DNA from: an uncultured Clostridia bacterium
GTDB lineage: Bacteria; Bacillota; Clostridia; Oscillospirales; CAG-272
Reading direction: 5' to 3'
Length of the DNA: 33,533 nucleotides
Assembly: GCA_937892405.1 (NCBI GenBank)
Contig: CALAFS010000159.1
Location: 1-33,533 of the forward strand
Below are positions 1 to 9,926 of the stretch, in pieces (the first letter of the stretch is position 1; each line of letters starts with the position of its first letter). Under the pieces are notes generated by a model. The model did not search any database, had not been told where the DNA came from, and saw nothing but the letters and a program-made list of their open reading frames with translations. A program made the position numbers and the translations under genes.

Positions 1-1
1 G

Positions 2-703
2 GAAGTGAAACGCTCGGATTTCCGCCCCGACGCGGACTATGTCCACATCTGCTATAACAATACCATCTACGGCACCAAATATCATTATATTCCCGATACG
101 GGGAACATTCCGCTCGTCGCCGATATGTCCTCCTGTATTCTCTCCGAGCCGATAGATGTCTCGAAATTCGGCTTGATCTACGCCGGCGCGCAGAAGAACA
201 TCGCCCCCGCCGGGCTGACGGTCGTCATCGTGCGCGATGACCTGATCGGGAACGCGCGTCCCGATACGCCCGCCATGCTGGATTATAAGCTCCTTGCGGA
301 GAACGGCTCCATGTACAACACCCCGCCGTGCTTTCAGATCTATATGGCGAAGCTCGTCCTCGACCGGATTCTTTCCGTCGGCGGGCTCGATGAGATGAAA
401 CGCCGCAATGAGCGGAAGGCGAGCCTGCTCTACGATTACCTTGACAGCCAGAGCTATTACACTGCCCCCGTGGATAAAAAGTGCCGCTCGATGATGAATG
501 TCGTCTTCGTCACCGGCGACGCCGAACTGGATAAAAAATTCGCAAAAGAGGCATCCGACCTCGGACTCCGCAATCTGAAAGGGCACCCCTCGGTCGGCGG
601 TATGCGTGCCTCGATCTATAACGCGATGCCCTATGAAGGCGTCGAAAAACTCGTCGCGTTCATGAAGCGCTTCGCGCTCGAAAACCCGCGTTTCGACGCC
701 TGA
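2..703 (+). CDS. serC: phosphoserine aminotransferase, C-terminal part (5' end lies outside the window)
   Basis: The frame is open from the window edge. The translation (..NTIYGTKY..PLVADMSS..YAGAQKNIAPAGLTVVIVRDDL..MYNTPP..GHPSVGGMRASIYNAMP) matches class-V aminotransferase SerC motifs, including the GG(M/L)RAS(I/L)YNA C-terminal signature. Confidence 0.85.
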   Translation, partial: EVKRSDFRPDADYVHICYNNTIYGTKYHYIPDTGNIPLVADMSSCILSEPIDVSKFGLIYAGAQKNIAPAGLTVVIVRDDLIGNARPDTPAMLDYKLLAENGSMYNTPPCFQIYMAKLVLDRILSVGGLDEMKRRNERKASLLYDYLDSQSYYTAPVDKKCRSMMNVVFVTGDAELDKKFAKEASDLGLRNLKGHPSVGGMRASIYNAMPYEGVEKLVAFMKRFALENPRFDA

Positions 704-750
704 TTTCCGGGCGGACACGACAGAAAGTCCCCTTAAAGCAGAATAAAAAA

Positions 751-806
751 ACAGAACAGAACCGCATAGGCGGTATGCCGTGCGGCGCTGTTCTGTTTTC
801 TTTTTT
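751..806 (+). terminator. intrinsic terminator after serC
   Basis: ACAGAACAG (751-759) pairs with CTGTTCTGT (788-796). There are inner CCGC/GCGG and GGC/GCC pairs, then a T-rich tail TTTCTTTTTT. Confidence 0.7.
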
Positions 807-823
807 ATGCTGTCTTTTCGGAC

Positions 824-837
824 GGTAAAATTTTACC
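824..837. promoter_or_regulatory. perfect 14-bp palindrome GGTAAAATTTTACC upstream of the mgl operon (possible operator)
   Basis: The sequence is self-complementary when read directly. It lies about 125 bp upstream of the putative -10 of mglB. Confidence 0.3.
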
Positions 838-939
838 CGGCGCATAGGGCAAATATTCCGTTCCTTCCTTATTATATTATTTGCATTGTTTTGCCGCCAG
901 ATTCCATAATTTTTTGTACATTTCAAATAAAAAAACGCA

Positions 940-968
940 TTCCTTTTTCATTTTGATTGGGATATAAT
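940..968 (+). promoter_or_regulatory. possible mgl operon promoter with a weak -35
   Basis: -10 TATAAT at 963-968. The -35 position reads TTCCTT (940-945), a poor match, which suggests an activator-dependent promoter. Confidence 0.35.
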
Positions 969-1014
969 ATAGACAACGACGGAAAGTCGAAAACGAAACG
1001 GAGGAATCCAAAAA

Positions 1015-2085
1015 ATGAAAAAGCTCACAGCAATCCTACTCACACTCGCACTCGCGCTGACCGCTTTGCTCGGACTTGTTTCCTGCGCGGGCACGGAAGA
1101 CGGAGAGATCTCGGTCTTCTATTACACCAACGCGGATACCTATATTTCCAGTGTCCGCACCGCCATGGATAAGATCCTGACGGACGCCGGTCTGAAATTC
1201 CAGAACTACGACGCAAACGGAAGCCAGACCACCCAGACCGAACAGGTCACCACCGCCATCGCAAAAGGTTCCCGCGCCCTGATCGTCAACCTCGTCGATA
1301 CGAACTCCGACGACGCCGCGCAGAACATCGTCGATATGGCGAAGGAAAAAGACATTCCGGTCATTTTCTTCAACCGCTCGGTGAAGCAGTCGGTGATCGA
1401 AAGCTATGACAAGTGCGTCTTCGTCGGTACCGACTATGAAGAAGCGGGTCATATGCAGGGCAAGATGATCGGTGAGTATGTACTTGCCAACTACGACAAG
1501 CTCGACCTGAATGGCGACGGCAAAATCAGCTACGCCATGTTCAAGGGACAGGAAGGCAACCAGGAGGCGATCGCCCGCACCGAGTTCGCCGTCAAGGACG
1601 CGAACGCGATCCTGACCGCCGCCGGTAAGCCCGAGCTCGTCTATTACGATTCGAGCAACGCGAACAAGTACCAGGTCGACCAGAACGGTCAGTGGTCCGC
1701 CGCCGCGGCGAAGGACTACATGAGCACCAACCTCAGCCGCTTCAGCGAAGCCAACAACAACATGATCGAGCTTGTCATCGCGAACAATGACGAGATGGCG
1801 CTCGGCGCGATCTCCGCTCTTCAGGAGCTCGGCTACAACATGGGCGGTGAGAGCACGCTGATCCCCGTCTTCGGCGTTGACGCGACCGAGGCGGCGAAGG
1901 ACGCCATCAGAACCGGCTCGATGATCGGTACCATCAAGCAGGACGCGGAAGGCATGGCAGACGCGATCGCGACCGTCGTGCAGAACCTTCTTGACGGCAA
2001 GGCGAAGTTCGAGTCCGTCGACTCCGAGAAAGTGGTCGGCGACTGGAGAGTCAACATCCCCTACGCCACCTATCTCGGCGAATAA
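1015..2085 (+). CDS. mglB: galactose/glucose-binding lipoprotein of an ABC importer (MglB family)
   Basis: Signal peptide with lipobox LVSC. It has a Ca-loop-like [10 protein letters not shown], and [28 protein letters not shown] aligns by eye with E. coli MglB. An RBS GGAGGA lies 8 nt upstream. Confidence 0.85.
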   Translation: MKKLTAILLTLALALTALLGLVSCAGTEDGEISVFYYTNADTYISSVRTAMDKILTDAGLKFQNYDANGSQTTQTEQVTTAIAKGSRALIVNLVDTNSDDAAQNIVDMAKEKDIPVIFFNRSVKQSVIESYDKCVFVGTDYEEAGHMQGKMIGEYVLANYDKLDLNGDGKISYAMFKGQEGNQEAIARTEFAVKDANAILTAAGKPELVYYDSSNANKYQVDQNGQWSAAAAKDYMSTNLSRFSEANNNMIELVIANNDEMALGAISALQELGYNMGGESTLIPVFGVDATEAAKDAIRTGSMIGTIKQDAEGMADAIATVVQNLLDGKAKFESVDSEKVVGDWRVNIPYATYLGE

Positions 2086-2164
2086 ATCCCGTATCGGATC
2101 CCCGGAGCGGCACCCCGCCGCTCCGGGAATTCCCAATCTTCAATCCGGAAGGCAGGTAATTCCT

Positions 2165-3697
2165 ATGAATGAAGCCATAAACGAAATCAAAAACCCGACC
2201 GCTCCGGTGCTGCTGCGCATGGAGGGGATCGAAAAGGTCTTTCCGGGCGTCCGTGCACTCGACGGGGTCAACCTGACCGTGAAAGCCGGTACGGTTCACG
2301 CGCTGATGGGCGAGAACGGCGCAGGGAAGTCCACGCTGATGAAATGCCTGTTCGGCGTCTACGCGAAGGACGGCGGGCATATTTATCTCGAAGGAAAAGA
2401 AATCAGCTTTCATAACGCCAAAGAAGCGCTGGAAAACGGCGTCGCCATGGTACATCAGGAACTGAATCAGGCGCTCAAACGCAATGTGATGGACAACATG
2501 TGGCTCGGTCGTTTTCCGACCGTGGCACGCGGTCTTCCCTTCACGAGCGAAAAAAAGATGTACGCCGCGACGAAAGAAATCTTCGACCGTCTCGGGATTG
2601 ATGTCGACCCGAAAACGGTCATGAGCAAACTGCCGGTCTCCAAACGGCAGATGGTGGAAATCGCGAAAGCGGTCTCCTATAACGCAAAGGTCATCGTATT
2701 CGACGAGCCGACCTCTTCTCTGACGGAGGACGAGGTGGAGCATCTCTTCCGCATCATCAATATGCTGCGCGACGAGGGGTGCGGTATCATTTATATCTCT
2801 CATAAAATGAAGGAAATTCTTGAAATTTCCGACGAGGTCACGGTCATGCGCGACGGCAAATGGATTGCCACGCGGGAGGCGAAGAACCTCACCACCGACG
2901 AGATCATTAAACTGATGGTCGGCCGTGAGCTGACGAACATCTATCCGCCGAAAACAAATACGGTCGGCGATGTGCTCCTTGAAGTAGAGCACCTGACCGG
3001 CATGTATTCCAAATTAAACGATGTCTCCTTCCGGGCGCACCGGGGCGAGATCATCGGTGTCGCGGGACTTGACGGCTCGGGAAGAACCGAACTGCTCGAG
3101 GCGCTCTACGGCACCGCCACGCGAAAAGCGGGCACCATTACCCTGGATGGCAAACCGATCAGAAACCGTTCCGCACGCGAGTCCATCAAAAACGGCTTTG
3201 CCCTCCTGACCGAGGAGCGGCGCGCGACGGGCATCTTCGGGATTCTGAATATCCGCGAAAACGCCACGATCTCCAGCCTCGACAAGGACAGAGTCGGTCC
3301 GTTCTTGAGTGAGAAAAAACGGAAGGAAAGCACCGATTGGGTGATCCGTTCGATGCATGTCAAGACACCGACACAGGAGACGAAGATCCGTTCGCTCTCC
3401 GGCGGCAACCAGCAGAAGGTCATTCTCGGGCGCTGGCTTCTGACCGACCCGACGGTGCTTTTGCTCGACGAGCCGACGCGCGGCATTGATGTCGGCGCGA
3501 AATACGAAATCTATCAGCTTATCATTGATCTTGCCGCGAAAGGGAAGACGGTTCTCATGGTGTCGAGCGAGATGCCCGAGCTTCTCGGCGTCTGCGACCG
3601 GATTCTTGTCATGTCCGGCGGTCGCCTTGCCGGTGAGGTCGATGCCGCGACGGCAACACAGGAAAATATTATGACCCTTGCCGCGAAATTTGCCTGA
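2165..3697 (+). CDS. mglA: galactose/methyl-galactoside import ATP-binding protein, duplicated ABC ATPase
   Basis: Start chosen at ATG 2165 (MNEAINEIK..) behind GGAAGG; the track ORF from 1991 overlaps the mglB 3' end. [25 protein letters not shown] and [15 protein letters not shown] are near-identical to MglA motifs. Confidence 0.9.
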   Translation: MNEAINEIKNPTAPVLLRMEGIEKVFPGVRALDGVNLTVKAGTVHALMGENGAGKSTLMKCLFGVYAKDGGHIYLEGKEISFHNAKEALENGVAMVHQELNQALKRNVMDNMWLGRFPTVARGLPFTSEKKMYAATKEIFDRLGIDVDPKTVMSKLPVSKRQMVEIAKAVSYNAKVIVFDEPTSSLTEDEVEHLFRIINMLRDEGCGIIYISHKMKEILEISDEVTVMRDGKWIATREAKNLTTDEIIKLMVGRELTNIYPPKTNTVGDVLLEVEHLTGMYSKLNDVSFRAHRGEIIGVAGLDGSGRTELLEALYGTATRKAGTITLDGKPIRNRSARESIKNGFALLTEERRATGIFGILNIRENATISSLDKDRVGPFLSEKKRKESTDWVIRSMHVKTPTQETKIRSLSGGNQQKVILGRWLLTDPTVLLLDEPTRGIDVGAKYEIYQLIIDLAAKGKTVLMVSSEMPELLGVCDRILVMSGGRLAGEVDAATATQENIMTLAAKFA

Positions 3698-3711
3698 AGG
3701 AGGAACAGAAA

Positions 3712-4797
3712 ATGCCAACCGAAACCAAAAAACAAAAAAACCGCATAGGGCTCTGGTTTGAAAAATTCCGAGCGATGTCCCCTGCGGACAAACGAAGAAC
3801 AATCACCGATCTGCTGTTCAACAACGCCATGTATATCATCATCTTCGTCGCGATCGTCTATGTCGCGATCCGGGTACCGGCGTTTCTTTCCGTCTCGTCC
3901 ATTGTCAACATCATTTCCCTGACTGCCGCGAAGCTCCCGATCGCCCTCGGCATCGGCGGTGCGATCGTCCTGACCGGTACCGATATTTCCGCCGGTCGCG
4001 CAGTCGGTCTGACCGCCTGTATCGCCGCTTCTCTTCTGCAGATGACGAGCTATTCGAGCAAGATCTTCCCGAACATCGGCGTCCTGCCCCTGCCGCTCGT
4101 CCTTCTGATCGTGATCGCGGTCGGCGCGCTTATTGGCTTCGTGAACGGATTCTTCGTCGCGAAGTTCAAGCTCCATCCCTTCATCGTCACCCTGTCGACT
4201 CAGCTGATCCTGTTCGGTCTTGTGCTGATGTATCTGATGATCGGCGGCAACAACGGACAGACGCTTTCGGGTCTTGATCCCTCCTACACGAATTTCGTGC
4301 GCGGCACACTCTTCAAGATCGGCAATGTGTCGGTCCCGCGCTATGTGCTGTACTCGATCATTCTGACCGCCCTCATGTGGGTGATCTGGAACAAGACGAA
4401 GTTCGGCAAGAACATGTTCGCCGTCGGTTCCAATGAAGAAGCCGCAAATGTCTCGGGCGTCAATGTCTTCTGGACGATCGTGATGGTCTTCGTGCTTGCG
4501 GGTGCCATGTACGGCATCACCGGCTTTATCGAGGGCGCGCGTATCGCTTCCATCTCCGCGAATACCGGTTTGAACTATGAGTCCGACGCGATCGCCGCCT
4601 GCGTCATCGGCGGTGTGTCCTTTGTCGGCGGTACCGGTAAGATCAGCGGTATCGTGGTCGGCGTCTTCCTGCTTCAGATCATTTTCGTCGGTCTGAACTT
4701 CCTCTCCGTCGATCAGAACATGCTCTATGTCATCAAAGGTCTGATTATCCTCTTCGCCTGCGCGATTGATATGAGAAAATATCTCGCGAAGAAGTAA
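3712..4797 (+). CDS. mglC: galactoside ABC transporter permease
   Basis: Multi-pass membrane protein. GTDISAGR, WNKTKFGKNMFAVGSNEEAANVSGVNV and DAIAACVIGGVSF match the MglC/RbsC family. RBS GAAGGAGGA. Confidence 0.9.
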   Translation: MPTETKKQKNRIGLWFEKFRAMSPADKRRTITDLLFNNAMYIIIFVAIVYVAIRVPAFLSVSSIVNIISLTAAKLPIALGIGGAIVLTGTDISAGRAVGLTACIAASLLQMTSYSSKIFPNIGVLPLPLVLLIVIAVGALIGFVNGFFVAKFKLHPFIVTLSTQLILFGLVLMYLMIGGNNGQTLSGLDPSYTNFVRGTLFKIGNVSVPRYVLYSIILTALMWVIWNKTKFGKNMFAVGSNEEAANVSGVNVFWTIVMVFVLAGAMYGITGFIEGARIASISANTGLNYESDAIAACVIGGVSFVGGTGKISGIVVGVFLLQIIFVGLNFLSVDQNMLYVIKGLIILFACAIDMRKYLAKK

Positions 4798-4981
4798 TAT
4801 CGGAAAGCAAAAGCGTTGTCGTCGGATTTTCGCTTGTTTTTTCTCCTTTCGAACAAAAATACAAGGCAGAAAAGAGAAATGGCGAGAGGGAAGAGCCGCC
4901 GGAGTTTTGAAAAAATCCCCGCGTTTTTCCCCTTCGCCGCTCGCGGCAACCGAATCCTCACCCCGAAAGGAGTCATGCACC

Positions 4982-5332
4982 ATGGAACAAACCAACACCC
5001 CCCGTCAAAAAGGCGGACTGTACGCAAAGCTGAAAATGTCGGTAAAAACCGCGAATATCCTCGTGGCGGTACTGGCAGTTGCCCTGATCGGCGCCCTGAT
5101 TTTTGCGAGCCTGCATAACGGATTCACCGTCACTTTCGACACAAACGGCGGCACGGCGGTGGAAAGCGTGAAGGTTCTGCACGGTGAGACCCTCCCCGAG
5201 CAGAGCAATCCGACGCGGGAAGGCTATGTTTTCACCGGTTGGTATCTTGACCGCGCCTGCACAAATGCGTGGGACACCGCACAGGAGATCACCGGCAGTA
5301 TGACACTCTATGCCGGGTGGGAAGAGAAATAA
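4982..5332 (+). CDS. small membrane-anchored protein with a single Listeria-Bacteroides (Flg_new) repeat
   Basis: ATG 4982 lies 9 nt after GAAAGGAG. It has one TM helix (ILVAVLAVALIGALIFA), then FTVTFDTNGGT..REGYVFTGWY..TLYAGW, the signature of one Flg_new repeat. Confidence 0.65.
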   Translation: MEQTNTPRQKGGLYAKLKMSVKTANILVAVLAVALIGALIFASLHNGFTVTFDTNGGTAVESVKVLHGETLPEQSNPTREGYVFTGWYLDRACTNAWDTAQEITGSMTLYAGWEEK

Positions 5333-5499
5333 TCATTGAGGTACCCCTTGCCGCATGGCTTTCCGCGTGGTGAGTTCTTTGTGCCCGGCAAAGAAATTTC
5401 AGAGTTCGGGGCAGCTCCGCATCGGTGAAAATCCGCGCGGAATTGCCCCGTTTTCTTTGATTAAAAAGAAATTTTTCGGCAGAATGTATTTTTCTTCTC

Positions 5500-5523
5500 T
5501 TTTTCTTCACATTTTTCTTCACA
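5500..5523 (+). repeat. tandem direct repeat, 2 x 12 bp TTTTTCTTCACA
   Basis: Two exact adjacent copies (5500-5511, 5512-5523) end 8 bp upstream of the -35 of the regulator operon promoter. Confidence 0.8.
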
Positions 5524-5531
5524 ATTCATAC

Positions 5532-5560
5532 TTGATTTTTTACGAAAAAGATGGTATAGT
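5532..5560 (+). promoter_or_regulatory. sigma-A type promoter of the sensor operon
   Basis: TTGATT (5532-5537), a 17-nt spacer, then TATAGT (5555-5560) with a TGn extended -10. Confidence 0.6.
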
Positions 5561-5594
5561 AAAAGCAGTATGTGATGAAAAGGGGGACAGGACT

Positions 5595-7196
5595 TTGAAG
5601 TATACCGTGCTCGTGGTAGACGACGAGGAGGAACAGCGGCAGGCGTTTGTCCGCCGTGTACGCTGGGAAGCGGCGGGATTTGAAGTGGTGGGCGAGGCAG
5701 AGAACGGCGTGGAGGCGCTGGATCTCGTGGAAGAGCTGGAACCCGACCTGATTCTGACCGATATCCGCATGCCGATGATCTCGGGACTGGAGCTTGCGGG
5801 ACGGGTGCGCGAGATGCGCCCCGCGACGCAGATCGTGATTCTGAGCGGCTATGACAGCTTTGAATACGCCCGCACCGCAATTGATTACAATATCATCAGC
5901 TATCTTCTGAAGCCGATCTCCTCCGACGAGATGTCCGAGGCACTCTTTGAGATCCATCGGAAGATGGACGAGAGACTGGGACAGCTCTTTCCGCCGCAGG
6001 ATTCCGACCTTCAGGCACAGCTGAAACGCCTGCGGATCAACGAATTCCTGCTCCCTCTGCTCCTCGGCAGCAACGAGTCAAAGCAGAATGACGGCGAGCT
6101 TCTCGCCCGTGCGAAATCGCTCGGTGCGGTGGCGGAGACGGTGAGCACGCCGCGCTTCTGCGTGCTCGTGTCGAAGTTCAAGGGCACGGACGGAAGCTAT
6201 ATCGCCGATGCCCGTCACACGGACTTTATCGGGAATATCTTCGGCAGGCACGGCTTTGATACCGTCAGCCTGAGCGCCTATCAGCGCGTGATGACTCTCG
6301 TGACACTGCCCGAGGGGGCGAAGTTCCCGAACCTTCTGGAGCTGCCTCTGACCGAGACCGTACAGACCGCCCGCCGTTTGCAAAAGGAGCATTGCACCAT
6401 CGGCGTCAGCCGTGAATTTCATGCACTTTCCGACAGTTCCGACGCTTATTTTCAGGCAGTAACGGCAAGAAGGTATACCTCGGACGGCGCCGGTGATATC
6501 CGTTTCATCAACGACCAGGAGAAAAACGAGGAGTTCGCCATCGCCGAGGCGGAGAAAACCGCCGCCATGCTCGAACAGCTTCTCAAGGTCGGCACCGAGG
6601 AGCGCCTTTCGGATTTTGTCGAAGGGCTCTATCGGGGCAGTACCCCCGAGAATGCGAATCTCGTGGTGGCGCAGATCATCGCGACGGTCTGCCGCGTCGT
6701 CGGCTCTCTTTCGGATCAGCCGGACGCCATGCACCTCCTCTCCTCCAATCCGCTCTTCTCGCGCCTGACCGCCAACAGCTCGGAGGAGGCGATGAAGCAG
6801 GAGATCCTCGATCTTTGCCGACGGGCACAGACGCTCATCACCCAGTCGAGAAAAAGGGATTCCGAAGTCCTCTGCGATCGGGTGATCGAAATCATCGACA
6901 AGCGATATTCCGACGAGGATCTTTCTCTCGTGGGCGTGAGCGGAGAGCTGGCGGTCAGTCCGAACTATCTGAGCGCCCTGATCAAGAAGGTCAGAAAAAA
7001 GAACTTCATCACCCTTCTGACCGAGCGCCGTCTCCGGGCGGCGTACGATATGCTTCTCTGCACCAATCTGCGGATACAGGAAATCACCGAGCGGTGCGGT
7101 TACAGCGATCAGCATTATTTCAGCTATTGCTTCAAGAAATTCTACGGCGAATCCCCGAACCGTGTGCGTCAGCAAAAGGGCGACGCACAACTCTGA
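5595..7196 (+). CDS. response regulator, REC domain plus AraC-type HTH (YesN-like)
   Basis: TTG start at 5595, 8 nt after AAGGGGGA; the track ORF from 5355 would begin upstream of the promoter. VLVVDDEE..DLILTDIRMP..LLKP forms the REC domain. The C-terminus has an AraC HTH (GYSDQHYFSYCFKKFYGESPNRVR). Confidence 0.85.
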   Translation: MKYTVLVVDDEEEQRQAFVRRVRWEAAGFEVVGEAENGVEALDLVEELEPDLILTDIRMPMISGLELAGRVREMRPATQIVILSGYDSFEYARTAIDYNIISYLLKPISSDEMSEALFEIHRKMDERLGQLFPPQDSDLQAQLKRLRINEFLLPLLLGSNESKQNDGELLARAKSLGAVAETVSTPRFCVLVSKFKGTDGSYIADARHTDFIGNIFGRHGFDTVSLSAYQRVMTLVTLPEGAKFPNLLELPLTETVQTARRLQKEHCTIGVSREFHALSDSSDAYFQAVTARRYTSDGAGDIRFINDQEKNEEFAIAEAEKTAAMLEQLLKVGTEERLSDFVEGLYRGSTPENANLVVAQIIATVCRVVGSLSDQPDAMHLLSSNPLFSRLTANSSEEAMKQEILDLCRRAQTLITQSRKRDSEVLCDRVIEIIDKRYSDEDLSLVGVSGELAVSPNYLSALIKKVRKKNFITLLTERRLRAAYDMLLCTNLRIQEITERCGYSDQHYFSYCFKKFYGESPNRVRQQKGDAQL

Positions 7197-7206
7197 AGGA
7201 GGATCT

Positions 7207-8943
7207 ATGCGTAAAAAGCCTGTCGGTAAACTGAGACTCCGCACCATTACCGTCCTTTCGGTGACGCTTGCGATGGTCGTCGCGGTTGCGATCTCCATCG
7301 CGGTGTTCGCCGCCGTTTACAGCAATACCGTAAGACAGGACGCGAGCGTCAGTGCCTCGCAGACGGTAGAGCAGACAGAGGCGGCGGTCAGCGTGAGACT
7401 TGACGATATGAAGGACAAGCTCACGACCATCGGCACCATGGTGGAGGCGTACGAAACGGTCGATGCCTTCCGCACACGCATTGAGGCTTTGACCGCGATC
7501 GAAAACGAAATCTTCGCCGTTACGGTCTATGATGCGGACGGCGGGATTCTCGCGTCGGTCGGGAGCGGCTATGCCCTCAAGGAAAGTCCCACGCGGGATC
7601 TTTCCTTTGATAAAGCGCTTTACGAAGGATCGGACGGTTTCATTCTTACGCCGCCGCATGTCGAGACTCTGTATGAAGGGATTTACCCGTGGGTTGTCAC
7701 ACTGGCGATACGCACCGGGGCACCCGTCTTCGGGAGCGGCGCGTATATCGCGATCGACTTTAATTTCTCCGAGCTTGCCGGCTATATCGACCGCGTCGGC
7801 GTCGGCAGGCACGGCTATTGTTATATCGTCGACAGCGCGGGCAATCTTGTCTATCACCCCCAGCAACAGCTGATTTTTTCTCACCTGCGCAATGAAGATA
7901 CCTCGAAACTCTCCTCGTGGGAGGACGGCGTCCACACCGACGGGAATGTCACCTACGCGGTCAAGACCGCGACGGACAGCCGCTGGCGCATTGTGGGCGT
8001 CAGCTATATCGACGAGCTGGTGGCGGACGGTCGCGATCGGATTGTCCTCGGTATCTGCGTGTCCCTCCTTTGCTGTGTCCTGATCCTCTTTACGGTATTG
8101 CGTATCTATTCCCGCATTGTCAGCCGTCCGGTCAGAGAGCTTGCAGATGCAATGAAGCGATTTGAAAGCTCCGCATCGGACTTTCACTACACCGGCGGGC
8201 AGGAGATCGTCACCGAGCTGCATACCCTCTCGGAGAGCTTTGCCCACCTGACGGGGCGCGTGCGGGAGCTGATGGAGCAGGTCAGAGAAGAGGAGACCGC
8301 CCTGCGGAAAACCGAGCTGAAAGCCCTCCAGGCACAGATCAACCCGCACTTTCTCTACAATACCCTCGACTCGATTCAGTGGATGTGCGAGCAGGGAAAG
8401 GATGCCGAAGCCACGAAGATGGTGGGCGCCCTCGCGAAGCTCTTCCGGATCAGTATCAGCCGCGGGCATGAGCTGATTCCGCTCGGGGACGAATTACAGC
8501 ATGCGAAAAGCTATCTGATTATTCAGAGCTATCGCTACCGCAACCAGTTTACCTATCGCTTTGATGTGGACGAGAGCCTTCTTTCCTATCTTTGCAACAA
8601 GATCACGATTCAGCCCCTGATCGAGAACGCCATCTACCACGGCATCGACCGCATGGTGGACGAGGGCGAGATCGTCATCTCGGTGCATGAGGCGTCCGAC
8701 AACGCGGACGATATTCTCATTACGGTCTCCGACAACGGCATCGGCATGACCGAGGAACAGTGCCGGAAGATATTGCAGAAAGAAAAGAGCGACTCCGGCG
8801 GCATCGGAGTCAAGAATGTAAACGACCGCCTGAAGATCTGGTTCGGCGAGCGCTACGGCATCACGCTGCAAAGCGAGCCGGATGTGGGAACGACGGTCAC
8901 CGTCAGAATCCCGAAGGTGACAGAGGAGGGGGAGAGAGCATGA
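7207..8943 (+). CDS. sensor histidine kinase, LytS/YesM type, with a large extracytoplasmic domain
   Basis: ATG 7207 follows GAAGGAGGA. Two TM segments flank a domain of about 245 aa. There is a HAMP-like linker, the LQAQINPHFLYNTL histidine box of the His_kinase (LytS/YehU) family, and HATPase_c motifs (DNGIGM, GGIGVKN). Confidence 0.85.
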   Translation: MRKKPVGKLRLRTITVLSVTLAMVVAVAISIAVFAAVYSNTVRQDASVSASQTVEQTEAAVSVRLDDMKDKLTTIGTMVEAYETVDAFRTRIEALTAIENEIFAVTVYDADGGILASVGSGYALKESPTRDLSFDKALYEGSDGFILTPPHVETLYEGIYPWVVTLAIRTGAPVFGSGAYIAIDFNFSELAGYIDRVGVGRHGYCYIVDSAGNLVYHPQQQLIFSHLRNEDTSKLSSWEDGVHTDGNVTYAVKTATDSRWRIVGVSYIDELVADGRDRIVLGICVSLLCCVLILFTVLRIYSRIVSRPVRELADAMKRFESSASDFHYTGGQEIVTELHTLSESFAHLTGRVRELMEQVREEETALRKTELKALQAQINPHFLYNTLDSIQWMCEQGKDAEATKMVGALAKLFRISISRGHELIPLGDELQHAKSYLIIQSYRYRNQFTYRFDVDESLLSYLCNKITIQPLIENAIYHGIDRMVDEGEIVISVHEASDNADDILITVSDNGIGMTEEQCRKILQKEKSDSGGIGVKNVNDRLKIWFGERYGITLQSEPDVGTTVTVRIPKVTEEGERA

Positions 8944-9911
8944 AAAGAATCCGGATCATCGCGCTTTTTCTTGTGGTCTTTCTTGCCGCCCTCCCGCTTT
9001 CCTCCTGCGCGGGGAGCGGTGCCGATACCCCGAAGATCGCCGTCATCGCAAAGGCGACCACCTCCGACTTCTGGCACGCGGTGCGTGCGGGAGTGGAAGC
9101 GGCGGCGATCGAGTACAACGCCTCGGTCACCTTTGAGGGACCCGAAAACGAAGAAGATTACGAGGCGCAGAACCGCATGATCGCCGACGCCGTCGAGCGC
9201 GGTGTCGATGTGATCGTGCTCTCCGCGATCGACTACAATCAGAATGCCGCGGCGGTAAAACTCGCGGTACAGCACGGCACGAAGGTCATCACGATCGACA
9301 GCAATGTGAACTCCGACCTTGTCAGCCAGTTCATCGGCACCGATAACTACGAGGCGGGCATCGCCGCTGCAAAAGCCGCCGTCGCCTCTCCGACGCGGGA
9401 CGGCGCGAAGATCCGCATCGGGCTTGTCAACTACATGAGCGATACCGCGAACGGGCAGAAGCGGGAGGAGGGTTTCCGCGACCATATTGCCTCGGTCGGC
9501 GACGCAGAGATCGTCGCATCGGTCACCGCCGAGAGCAATGCGGAGAGTGCTACCGCAGGGGCAAAGGAACTTCTCCTTGCCCACCCCGAGATCAATGTGC
9601 TGGTCGGCTTTAACGAGTGGATGACGCTCGGCGTCGGCAACGCGATTCACGAGCTCGGAAAAGGAGAGCTCGTCGCCGGCATCGGCTTTGATTCCAATGT
9701 GATCTCGGTCGGCATGCTCGAGAGCGGGGAAATGGACGCCCTGATCGTGCAGAACCCCTTCGCCATCGGCTACCTCGGCGTGCGGAACGCCGCGCGCCTT
9801 GCCGTCGGCGATTCCGTCGGTGACGCCCGGATTTCCACGGCGATGACGACGGTGACAAAAGAAAATATGTTTGATTCGGATATTCAGAAAATTCTGTTCC
9901 GTTTTACCTGA
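8940..9911 (+). CDS. sugar-binding lipoprotein (RbsB/LacI periplasmic-binding fold), predicted ligand sensor partner of the kinase
   Basis: ATGA overlap with the kinase stop codon. Lipobox LSSC. The Peripla_BP-type sequence (IAVIAKATTSDFW..VDVIVLSAIDY..VITIDSNV..IGFDSN) lacks any cognate permease or ATPase of its own. Confidence 0.8.
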   Translation: MKRIRIIALFLVVFLAALPLSSCAGSGADTPKIAVIAKATTSDFWHAVRAGVEAAAIEYNASVTFEGPENEEDYEAQNRMIADAVERGVDVIVLSAIDYNQNAAAVKLAVQHGTKVITIDSNVNSDLVSQFIGTDNYEAGIAAAKAAVASPTRDGAKIRIGLVNYMSDTANGQKREEGFRDHIASVGDAEIVASVTAESNAESATAGAKELLLAHPEINVLVGFNEWMTLGVGNAIHELGKGELVAGIGFDSNVISVGMLESGEMDALIVQNPFAIGYLGVRNAARLAVGDSVGDARISTAMTTVTKENMFDSDIQKILFRFT

Positions 9912-9926
9912 AAGGAGAATTACCCA

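Noticed and set aside
1991-2164. Extended N-terminus of mglA as given by the ORF track (568 aa)
   Set aside because: The extension overlaps the 3' end of mglB and translates to a Pro/Ser/Arg-rich non-homologous sequence. ATG 2165 gives a 510-aa protein colinear with MglA and has an upstream GGAAGG.
4798-4981. Intrinsic terminator after mglC, and an ORF starting at ATG 4879 or 4907
   Set aside because: Only a weak 5-bp AAGCG/CGCTT stem precedes the T-run, so no terminator is called. The upstream ATGs lack ribosome-binding sites and encode Arg/Ser/Pro-rich sequence, whereas ATG 4982 has GAAAGGAG at ideal spacing.
5355-5594. Extended N-terminus of the response regulator (613-aa track ORF)
   Set aside because: The extension would start upstream of the predicted promoter and adds a hydrophobic, AT-rich-encoded sequence with no REC homology. 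The REC domain begins right after TTG 5595, which has a strong RBS.
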